64,000 nt of DNA from assembly GCA_032718475.1 (NCBI GenBank), contig JAUCBJ010007173.1, forward strand, positions 1 to 64,000. The letters are read 5' to 3'. Below, in pieces: positions 1 through 11,000 of the stretch. Numbering within the stretch: position 1 is the stretch's first letter; every line of letters begins with the position of its first letter. The DNA is from Nemertoderma westbladi. Lineage: Eukaryota; Animalia; Xenacoelomorpha. A program made the translations under genes and the position numbers. A model generated the notes under the pieces. The model was not told the origin of the DNA. It worked only from the letters and a program-made list of their open reading frames with translations, and made no database searches.

Positions 1-715
1 ACATGCCTATATCTCATTGCTGACATACCGGTACTGACTTGTTGTTTTATACTGCTATTTGCTGTCAGTTCTTCATAATATGGTTGATGAATAATTATAT
101 TTGGAATAACGATAAATAACCCCGCAACCCAATATTCTTGATATACCGAAGGTAAGAGAGAAAGGTTACCAATAACGATTGTGACTTATGTTAAAGTGGT
201 TTGAAGTGAATCTAATGTTATTTGATAGACCCTACATGAGTCAGCCTGTGTTCCTTTTATATGTGACTAAAATCAATGAAGATTGGCAGATTAGTGTGCA
301 GTATTGTGCAGCATTGTGTATGAGTGAGTCTGTTAAAGAAGCAATTCCTAAAGAATGCGTCATATATGTGGATTATAATTAAGCCATATCGTTGTGAGTA
401 GTTTAAGTCATAACTCTGTTTATGTAGATAAAGCGCCACGTCCTAAAGGAACTGTTAATATTACCGAAGGTGAATAATATTGTCAGAGATTATATAATAC
501 TGTCAGTCGAATAATACATTAGGCTTACATAGCAATAAAAATTAAACCGTCGAACCCAATCTCCCGGGAATATCCAGCGGGTGAATGGTCGCGCACGGAT
601 TGGTTTCGACTAGTGTAGTGAATCAAATACTTGTCATAGACTAAAAGCAGATTTAATATCTAGAAGACATCTTAATTTGGTGGGTTAAACTGCCAAAGGT
701 CTGAAAGCGCGAACA
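1..715 (+). mobile_element. 3' portion of a diverged LTR related to the BEL/Pao element at 40386-51003 (3' LTR or solo LTR, cut by the window edge)
   Basis: The reverse complement aligns by eye with LTR 40386-41100. Its end ggtctgaaagcgcgaaca compares with ggtcttcaaaagcgcgaaca; shared blocks include tagatAAAGCGCCACGTCCTAAAGGAACTGTTAATATT and gggtgaatg. Ends in CA at 715. Confidence 0.85.
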
Positions 716-888
716 ATGTAGCTAGGAGACATACATCTTTTTGTGGTGGTTAGTTCCAAGTGTTAGTTTTTAGTGGAGTTACTGTTTTCCAGTTTACTGT
801 TCAGATTACATTTCACGTATTTATCACACATTATGTTTCTTTACTTTATCGTTATGGTGACCACTGACCACTCATGGTTCACCATAAT

Positions 889-1309
889 GGCACTGGTTCG
901 ATATGGGTAGGCCTACCGAGTTTTTTTTTATATTTGTAACTATATTACTGTTCTAGAACACACTGTATACACTATACACTGTATTGGTACCCCCTTTATA
1001 TCTCTATTTATTTGGTTAGGTTTTGGTTACAGTGATTAGGTTATGTTGATTGGGTTACGGTGATTTGGCTAAGTTGAACTAGTTGGCCGGGGGGACGCGC
1101 TTCGTGCGTACTCGCTTCGCTCGCCCGGCCAATTAGGGGTAGGGTAAGATTTTGGTTAGGGTTAGAGTTCAACTCGCCCATTTACCAAATGTGCTTGGTA
1201 TTATTAATACATTGTGTTCTAGAACAGTACGGTAATATAGTAACAAATAAACAATTGTAAAATGTAACAAAAAAATCAGAAATCTCCATACCCATATCGA
1301 ACCAGTACC
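889..1309. mobile_element. MITE with terminal and subterminal inverted repeats (possibly MULE-like)
   Basis: TIRs ggcactggttcgatatgggta / tacccatatcgaaccagtacc; inner inverted blocks ctgttctagaacac / gtgttctagaacag; imperfect 9-bp flanks caccataat / caccataca. Confidence 0.65.
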
Positions 1310-1660
1310 CACCATACAGTCCCAATCCCAATAAACATTAACTTGGTCGTTTTGGCGGCCAAAATGACCAAAATCACCAAAAAAATGTAGTGTATTCCTA
1401 TGGGCTACTTGGTCGTTTTGGCGAAGCGATTTAGCTCGAATCAGCTCAATCCAGACAGTCTGTCTCCTTGGCCATCCATTTGGTGGATCTGACTAAATGT
1501 CGGCTTGCTTTCATTTTTATGATTGACAGATTGTTAACTTACCCGGCGCTGAGCCTTGCAGTACTGTAGTCCGCGCACTGAGGCATTGATAGAGTACACA
1601 GTCTTATAAAAGGAGTTGAATGGGGCTTCGTTGAAGGAGGAAAATGTATAATAATCTGAT

Positions 1661-1890
1661 CGTCCCGAAATTAATTTATGGACGTCCCGAAATTAACTTA
1701 TGGACGTCCTGAAATTAATGTATGGACGTCCCGAAATTAATTTATGGACGTCCCGAAATTAACTTATGGACGTCCCGAAATTAACTTATGGACGTCCCGA
1801 AATTAATCTATCAACCAATCAGAATCGTAATGAAATAACTAATTAATGGACGTCCATAAATTAATTTCGGGATGTTAATTTCGGAAATTA
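1661..1890. repeat. 22-bp tandem repeat (ggacgtcccgaaattaatttat, about 7 copies) plus inverted copies; probable MITE interior
   Basis: Direct units at 1661-1811; inverted partial units at about 1846-1890. Confidence 0.8.
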
Positions 1891-1964
1891 ATTTCAATAA
1901 TATTTTTTTTATAATAAAAATTTTTTTTAATATTTTTTACAATGTATAATTCGCGGACACTGTG

Positions 1965-2368
1965 GGGTGACTACAAAACAAAGACCCAATTATAAAGACC
2001 TGCATAATCTTGTTACATGTGTTAACTTTCGTTAATTGTTTTGAATCCTCCCGTCATGCCTCTGTAACTTGCTCCTTTACTAACCTGCTCCTTTAAATAG
2101 CAATGGTACATAACGCTCATTGTGACCTGTACAAAACAAAGAGGTAAAGTCGCGTTACGTCCCAAAGAGCGTTAGGTTTCAAAGAGCTTTAGGTCCCATT
2201 GCCAGAGAGCGTGAGGTCACATTGCCATTTAAAGGAGCAGGTTAGTAAAGAAGCAGATTACAGAGGCGTGTTGGGGAACCAAAACAATAAACGAAAGTTA
2301 ACACATGTGTTTTGTATTTGTACAGGTCTTTATTATTTGGGTCGTTGGTCTTTGTTTTGTAGTCACCC
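1965..2368. mobile_element. MULE-type MITE
   Basis: About 140-bp TIRs starting gggtgactacaaaacaaagacc; 9-bp TSD gacactgtg (1956-1964) / gacactgcg (2369-2377). Confidence 0.85.
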
Positions 2369-2379
2369 GACACTGCGGT

Positions 2380-2820
2380 GTTGCGTGGGGGCCACCAATC
2401 CACCCACCCACACTCAACTCACAACTTCCTGGACATTAGGATACTGAGTGAAAGCGTCTGAAACTACTACAGGAACTCCATGACAGACTATGGGTTAGCG
2501 ACTAGGGACTGGCGCCCTTGAACATGTAAACTGTAGGGGCCTAGTACCTACTTTACCACCTACCTTAAAGTGACCTGTGGGACCAGCCCATTATTAGTGA
2601 GGTCGGCATTTCTCTTTATCCTGCCGCTCTCTTTGTATTACAATAGCATACAGCTAACCAATGGCAATGGTCTCCCCCCAGTGCGGGAAAGACAAGCAGG
2701 CTACCATTGAAATGAATAGGAGAAGGATAATATGGTGTGTTCGTGTTCCCATCCTAATGTCTGTCGTCTTGGCTCAGCTAAGCTTAAACAGAGCCACAGC
2801 CTTACAATAGAGCTTTACCT
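2380..2820 (+). mobile_element. possible SINE body
   Basis: GC-richer non-coding block ending agctttacct, with inverted repeat gacattaggat / atcctaatgtc. No clear tRNA head, so the call is tentative. Confidence 0.25.
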
Positions 2821-3552
2821 AAATACACTTCCAGTGAGCCAAGCAGTAGTAGTGACGGGTTAGCTCCAAAATGCCCATGTAGGATTTCTTCGAAAAAGGA
2901 CCATCAATAATAGTCAACCCCATCTGCTTCAATTTGAAGAAAATAATTAGATAATAATACTCATAATTAAAACTATTACATAATTATTATAACTCTAGTA
3001 AACAAAACAATATATCATTCGGGGGATGGAATATATAGTAGGGCGGTGCGTTTTTTACTTTTTTTCAATTTCATTGTTCTACCGGTGCACAAAAGTTGCC
3101 AAATAGTAAAAAAATAAGGCAAAGAAATTTACTTTAAATTTCGTCTATATCTTCACGGATCCCAAGAGGGATGAAATTTTGAGCCATCGCGATGCGCCAT
3201 AATTAAATTTATAGCAATATAACACATTAATGACGGGTCAATGACTCAAGAAAGAACTTTCTGCATGCATCATTTGTCATCAAATGGGTCCAAACTTAGT
3301 TAGATACCAAAATTTTAATTTTTGGATCAAGGAAACTAGAGCCACAGGCACATGGACGGAACCTACCATTTGGCGCAAGTGGTGATAATTCTCAATTTTC
3401 GCGATAGCCAACTTTGAGTTCTCCTATTGCATTAATATTATGCTCATTAGAACCGTAATGTCCGTTTTAGTGGGGGTAGACAACTTCAAAACAAACCTAG
3501 AGCGAATAGTTCTTGAAATATTGCAGAAAATGTGAAGTCCGGCACAAGTTTA

Positions 3553-3933
3553 CATTACCTCCTTGATGCGATATGGACAAATCCTCAAAAAATTTTATTT
3601 TGAATTATCTCAAGGAATCAAGAATAGACACATCACAAAAATGATCGATGTAGTGGGTGTAGACACCTTTAAAATAAGAGTAGAGTCTTTAGTTCTTCAG
3701 TTATTTTACAAAATGTCAAGACTATATCCACCAATTAATACTTGATATTGAGTTGACCCATTCCACACATTTTGTCCAAAAACTATAGTGAATTAATCAC
3801 TACTCTTTAATTTTGAAGGTGTCTGTATACACTAAATCAATTTGTTGCAGCGATATGTCTAATCTTGATTCCTTGAGATAATTAAAAATAAAAGTTTTTG
3901 AGGATTTGTCCATATCGCATCAATGCGGTAATG
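3553..3933. mobile_element. MITE / foldback element with TA flanks (Tc1/mariner-like)
   Basis: About 135-bp imperfect inverted arms (cattacc..ttgatgcgatatggacaaatcctcaaaa / ttttgaggatttgtccatatcgcatcaa..ggtaatg) flanked by TA on both sides. Confidence 0.7.
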
Positions 3934-4224
3934 TACTGTAGTAGTAAGCTACCAATCTACCGGTGAAGTGGTTAAGCGAAAGCTGATAAATACTGCATAT
4001 AATCAAATTGTTTGGTCAAATAAAAAGTGCAACCAATCATCGTAGACAATTTAGTCTCCCCCTTCCCTTGTCAAGGGGTTAACATATTAAATATATTCTT
4101 GCCCTATCGTGAACAAAGGCAATAAAAAGCATAGAGAATCGATAAGAACCATCGGCCTATTTCCTTTGTAAACTATTTTTGAACTCTAAACATTATTACC
4201 GGTAACACATTTTAGCGTACGCTA

Positions 4225-4390
4225 AAATTTTAGCCTACGCCTACGCGTAGCTACGCGTAGCACCTACGCGTAGTTTTAAAACACCTACGCGTAGTTGTTA
4301 AAAAGGCAGTAAGTCTGGCCCTACCGGTAAATGACAGGAATGGAAGTTACAAACTACGCGTAGCTACGCGTAGGCCTACGCGTAGGTCGA
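4225..4390. repeat. cluster of palindromic CTACGCGTAG motifs (likely MITE remnant)
   Basis: About 7 copies of tacgcgta in two clusters. Confidence 0.55.
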
Positions 4391-5025
4391 AAAGATTTAC
4401 CCCAGTATACTGGCACATACAGGCATAAGTAGGAAACCCTCTGTCCGAATTGTTATTGTCAATTGTCATAATGTGACCCTGTTAAGCTTAATTTAATATA
4501 CAGTCCTACCGCTAGAGAAAAAAACCTCCCATGCCTCATCCATCAACCAATCAAAATAGCAAATTCAATCTCTTCAGCAAAGGAATTTTCTGGAGTTGTT
4601 TTCCTATTTCAGTATTGGCTTGGCTTGTTTATGTTTAGTGTTTTTTTTTTTTTGAAAATCCGGGATGGCCCCGGTGCTATATTTAATCAATGTTTAAATA
4701 ATTAATTCACATTAACTATAACAATATACAGAATAACAACCATCAATAACCATATATAATATTCATATATAATATTCATTTATTTAGCATAAATTTGGGG
4801 TTAAGAACTGCCCCTTAGTAAAAAGATAATTATGTATTAAAAATATATTATATCTCCGTAAAATAATTTATATTAAAAATATTTTGTAGGAGTAAGTAAT
4901 TAGTTATTATTATATGTAAAATAGTATTCTAAATAGTCCTTAATAACCGATAATATATCCTTAAAATATGGGTATTAAAAATAATTTAACTAAAATAAAG
5001 TTATATTATATTATATGTAAAATAG

Positions 5026-7966
5026 TTATAAATAGTCCTTAATAACCGACAGGCGATAGCACGCATCATAGGAAAAATTATTTAATAGCGCTTGTATATA
5101 AATAGATATAAAAACGTCTCTATTTGAAATACACTGTTTTGTAGCATTATACACAGTTCTAGAACAAAATTTGGTGGAATAGGAAGATATTGAAATTGAT
5201 AGCAAAGATGGTAGGTCGTACAAAAACGATGATATCTGATATCATGAGAAAATATCAACTCTGTTTCCCGTACAGTGGTCACACAAAATATTTCCAAACA
5301 ACCAGTTTAGTTTCGGATTGCCTGTGTTAAACAATCTGAATATAAAATTGAACTGCTGTAGCCGCAGACACGCATCTATATTAATATCGAACAATGAATA
5401 TAGTACGTTATTGGAGACACGGTTATTTAAGTGTATCACTTTGCGCATCGCCTTACGCATACCTTTGCCTAGGCTGTTTATCCCTTCAGAGGTGAGACTT
5501 GAGGAGCCGTAAGCTATACTCGGTATGCAGATGGCTTTCCATATACGAGTTACTATACTCAGTGGGACGTCGGTTAATGTGAGTCCTGACCGCTCCATTT
5601 GAGACATATTACTCCAGATTTTGCTATTGTTGAAGTTGTAGATTGGCTGGAATTGGTATACCCATATATTTACATGATTTCACTGCGCGCAATTTATTTC
5701 CCTCTAGCATGATGGTGTCATCTATTGATGGATTCCCTTTAACATCGATTGACAGGTAATGACATTTTACAATGTTAAGCTCTAAGTTGTGATTCTTGAA
5801 GTAATCAGATGAGGTTTTTAGAAGTTTTGCTAAGTCAGTCTTCAGGGTTGACAAAATTATAATATCATCTGCATAATTGACGACACAAAATGATTGCTGT
5901 CCTATATGTGCACCCAAACCACTTGTTTCCAAGTCATGTATGAGTTCGGTTAGATAGAAGTTAAATAATATGGGTGATAGGATGCCACCTTGACGCACAC
6001 CTCTTTGTATTTGTATTGGTTTGTGGATGAAGTGCCCATTTGCAGCGATGTGGGAAGTTGAGTTCTTATAAAAGGATTCCAGGGCATCAATAACTCGAGG
6101 TTGGACGTCAGTCCTCCTTAGTTTAGCAAATAACTTACTGTGACAGACCGTATCAAACGCCGATGTTAAATCCACACACATTGCATACATGTGCGATCTT
6201 TTCTTAGTAAATTTGTTAATAATACTGTTGACAACCTGGTGTGCGATGTCAGACCCTGAACCCGCTTTATAACCAAGTTGCAAGTTATTTGTTGGTAGTT
6301 TAGAGAGTTCTTCCAGCAGAGACAGTTCCCAGAGTTTTGCTATGCTTAGAGCAATGGAAATGAATCGAAAATCAACGTCTCGTGGGATTGTACCGACTCT
6401 TTGTCCTTTTGGAATGGGAGAGATGGTACTAACGGAGAAAATTTCAGGACAGGTGCCACTGTTTTGGATATCTGTAAAAAGATCTGCAATGTAGCTACAT
6501 AATCCTGGTGAGCGTCCGTATACTAGGCATTCTGTATTGAGTTGGTAGAAGTCATTTGATTTGCCGCGATTAAGTTTGTTAATTAGTTGGGAGATTTCTT
6601 TTGGTTTCACGGTCACGGTACCTAATTCATCTCTATTATCTGCATCAGATTGCTCTATCATTTTGTCTATAACGGTTTCCCCCTTAAGTTTTACCGTGGC
6701 TGCTTCAGACTGGTCTATGACAATATTCTCCCGTTTTTTACTACCTTGATCGGACTGATCACATTTAAATTGATCAGTCACACGTTGATGAACCTGTATT
6801 AGTTGCTTATCAGTGAAAACATGATGCTTTTTTGTTTTTATTTTTCGCCAAAAAGATTTGGAGTTATTTCGGTTTGAGTTTACTAGAGCTTGTACATGGT
6901 CCTCGTATGATTCGTTGTTTGAGTATGGCCGGTAGTTAACATACGACATTGGAATAAAGGAACGTGCCGCATTCGATATGGTTCTAATAAGATGCTTGGC
7001 TCTGCCATCAACAGATGTTTCGGTTAAATTTGGTTTAGTAAGATTACTTTCTATGTTTTCTTTGTAGGTTGCCAAATTTTCAGTTGTGGCCTTTTTGAAG
7101 TTCCATCTAATGTTATCTTGTTTTTTCTTACGGAAGTTAAGTGGTACGGTGTTCTCTGCCTTTACTAGTCGGAGAACTGCATACACTGGTAGATGTTTCG
7201 AAACATTATTATTATCAGGTTCACCAACTGTAGATTTTATTAGATAATCAAACCACTGTTGAGGGATAAATATATGATCTATATAGCTAGATCTCGCGTG
7301 GTCAACCCCATTATACTTGGCTGAATACGTAAACAGCATTCCAGACGATTTTGTTGTCATATCTGCAGCAATGAATTCATTAGGCTCGATTATGTTGTCA
7401 TAAAACATCTTGCCAAAAGCAGAGTAGTGCGAGGCTCCTCTAGGTTGTATGGTGTTATCACGTTGAATAGTTCCATTTATATCACCCATTACAATGGGTG
7501 TTAGATTAGAATTAATACACTCGGTGATCAGGACGTTGAGGTTGTTGGTCTCTCGCAAATAGTCATGCGTATCGTTTTCTCTATTACAATTGGCTGGCAT
7601 ATAAGTGTTAATTATTGCTAAGCTCTGATCATATAGTGATCTAATGGTTATCCCACACACTCTGTCAGAGTTTGTTGTCAGTGAGGCGCAGAATGGTACT
7701 AGTTCATTTTTAACCAATAACACAGTTCCCCCTTCTCCTCGTACCCGGGGTTTGGGTGTGAGCATTCCATCTGAAACTGTCAGAGCTGCACAGGAGTATG
7801 CCAAGTGTACTTTATTACGCATTAGACAGACCTCAGCCTGTCTTGGACCAAGCCAATGCTCTTGGAGACATACTATATCAGGCTGTATGTTGTCTAGTAG
7901 CTCTACCACATAATTTTTATTCCTGATGTAGCCTTCACAATTTAACGTTAACAGTTTTAGTCCCAT
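5026..7966 (-). pseudogene. LINE ORF2: apurinic endonuclease + reverse transcriptase, disrupted near the C-terminus
   Basis: APE motifs CLQEHWL, INTYMP, MGDING, SYIDHIF; RT motifs VDLTSAFDTV, GVRQGGILSP, YADD. Frameshift at about 5624 and an in-frame TGA at 5242-5244 split the tail into ORFs 5242-5607 and 5026-5223. Confidence 0.9.
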
Positions 7967-8033
7967 ACAGTTTCTCTTGTTGGTTTCATCATTGTTGAAA
8001 ACTGGAGGTGGTGTGTTTAAAGCATTTGACGAT

Positions 8034-11000
8034 TTAAAAGCGCTGCTGTCTTTGTGGATGGATGGGGTAGGGACTTCTTTTATATGATCTGAAGTCCCTG
8101 TCTCCTATATTCTGACTTTGACCAGAGTGCTGTGAGTAGTATATTGGAGAAGACCAATTTCCACTAACATCGTGGGTGCACTTCGGGTATGGAAAATCAT
8201 ACTGATGTTGACCTCTGAAATCTGGTATTACTCCTGTGTTCTGAGTATAATTGGTATACTTATGTCCCGGAGCTCTGTTTCTCTCCATAGCCAAACCAGC
8301 TTGAGCCAAAGCGGGATTGAGTGATGATTTATGATATTGACAGCCAATTCCTGGGATTACTCTTGTATTTCGAGGGTGGTCAATATAACTCTGCCCCGAT
8401 GCACCCTTTATCTTGGTGACTGAACCGGGATTGACCAATGGCTTTCTATTTGACCTGTCTTGCCTATAACCAGTATTAAAATATCTTGTGTTGTTGAGAC
8501 CGATACTATATTGTGCCACATCGTATGGCGTCATGACATCATTGGTATCATTGGTATTTGCCCTTTGGTTATATGTGTCCCAGTCCCTATATATACTATC
8601 TTCCCTGGGTTGTGGTGGTGGATTATTATAATGATCTCTGCTCCGATTTTTATAGTTTGGATGGTAGCCAGTACTCGTACTGCTGTCTTCCACCCTTGTT
8701 ATGTGTGACCCATCTGGCCAAATATTATCTTGGGTGAAGATGTCCTTATGGCTAGACTCAATGGTTATTTTCGCTGCCTTTGTTCTACCCCTGTACCCTG
8801 TGACCCAGACATTTACAGGTCTGTGGCCTGTTTGTTTGAAGCAGAATTGTGATATCGATATACTCGAACTATCAGGCTGTAGACCATTTACATGTATTGT
8901 AACCAGTTTATCATTCATACCTGATTTACCTGTTGCAACAGTTTTATTCCTATTACCAGCATTGTTGTTATCTTTATTGTTATTGTTCTTAGAGTTATTA
9001 GACTGTAACAAGCTCTGTATCATGCTGGTTTGGTCTTTGATAAGTTTTCCCACCATTTTCATATCGTCAAGGGCATCAAAACTGTTTTGAGTTTCCGTTG
9101 GTGGTACCAGTGGTTGCGCTCGTTGTTTCTTATTGCATTTCTTTTCGCTTGCTTCCTTCCAGACCTCTTTGCATAGTAGAACATCCTTAAGATTTTGAGG
9201 GTTTTTCACCGATGCATTGTCCTTAACAGATTGATTATTTAGTTCTGCATCGGAACTACATTGACTATCACTCAAACATATCTCATCACATGAGTCTGAT
9301 GTTAGACCCTGTTGCTTGTGGTATTTTTTGGATACATTACACTTTTCCTTATTTTTTTTCTTTTGTTGTTTAGCTGCTCTTCCGATATTAAATGGATTTG
9401 ATGTTTCTGATGAAGTATTTGCTGTATTTTGCTCTTGGTTATTAACGAATTCTTGACCAACATTGCTAAGCTTATTTGTCTTTTTTGGTTTCATAGTGTT
9501 CGCTTTATTTTGGTTATCTATCACGTTTTCACGCTTTGGATTATTCACATCACTGATTTTCAACTGTTTGACCTGTTCTTCTAAACTTTTGATCCTAGAT
9601 GTATAAGAGCTGCATTGTGTTGCCATCGATTTCATTTCTACCTGAAGAGTGGAAACTAGATTAATTAGCTCAAATAGACCAAACGCTTCAGTGCTACTGA
9701 TGTTAATTCTTTTTTTGAAGACAGACGTTAATGCTTTCTCCTCAAGAACTATTGCAAACTCAGCAACATCCGCGGCAACCTCATCTATTGATTTTCTATT
9801 AATACAGGTACATTTAATGCTTTTATTGTCTCCAATAATTGTTTCAAGTATTGCCTTAAATAGTTTCTTCTGAAGTTTGGAGAGTATATCAAACCCCAAT
9901 TGTTTAAGTGTGGATATTAGGTCATCCTTGGGATTCTGTAACATCTTGCTAGACCGCAACGCCTTCACAAAGTCATGTGGGTCTGTCTTCTGACTTAAAA
10001 AATTTATTAGATTGTCCCCATGCAGAGTTTCAACCTTGCCATAACGGTCAGATATTATATCTGTGTCTTTTTCGATTCCCACATTAAAATCAGTATTGGG
10101 TGCTGCAATATCCCAGGGTGAGTATGATGGATCATAAGTCACTTGATCGTGATGGACTAACTTGTACTTATCAAGACAGTTATATAGCCAGAGTCGTGCG
10201 TCCTCACTCTCTGAGTGAATAGATGAGATTGTTGGCAGCGCGTGAGTGATCGCAAGAGCGTACAGGCATATATAAACACCACAATCAAAATTATTTTCCT
10301 GTTTTGGATAGTTAAAATTGCAAATATTAACCAACCATTTGCTTCTTGAGGGATTAGCAACTGAGTCTATTAAATTTAGTAGGTCAGCGATTGCAAACGT
10401 TGTTTTAGTTGGCATCGTATCGCCCAATGGATTAACTGTGCAGATGGTTGAGGACTTACAGTTTGCTACATGTAACACAAAATGTTCGTCAATACATTCA
10501 GGAAAGAATAATGTCTCAGGACGTCTCTTGGCATGGGGAGCCAGGTAACGTTTTGCGACATATTTTACCTGACTTGTAATGTCATGGTTAGCACGTCGCA
10601 AATTATATGTTACGTGAGTAAGAACTGTGGCAACATGCGGAAATTGCTTTGATACTAAACCTAAAAAACAGTCTATGACGTCATCGCTCAAATATTCTAT
10701 ACTAGTAAGTTCATGTAAATGACTATGTATGGGCACCGGGTAGTTAGGTGGCTTAGAGTTCATGTCGGCAATAAATTGTCCTACATTAGTTTTTAATTCA
10801 GTGGGTGTATATGTTTGAGAGTCGTCTGGGTAAACTTCGTAACAGTCACTACTTGCATCATTGTGGAGGTCATCGACCTCTTCCACTGATTTGTTCATGG
10901 ATGCTAGTGTGTTGCATTCGCAAATGGTGGGGGTACATTTCCCTGGCGTTTCGAGGATTATGGGAATGGTATGGTTATGGTTAACCCTAACCCCCGCCTT

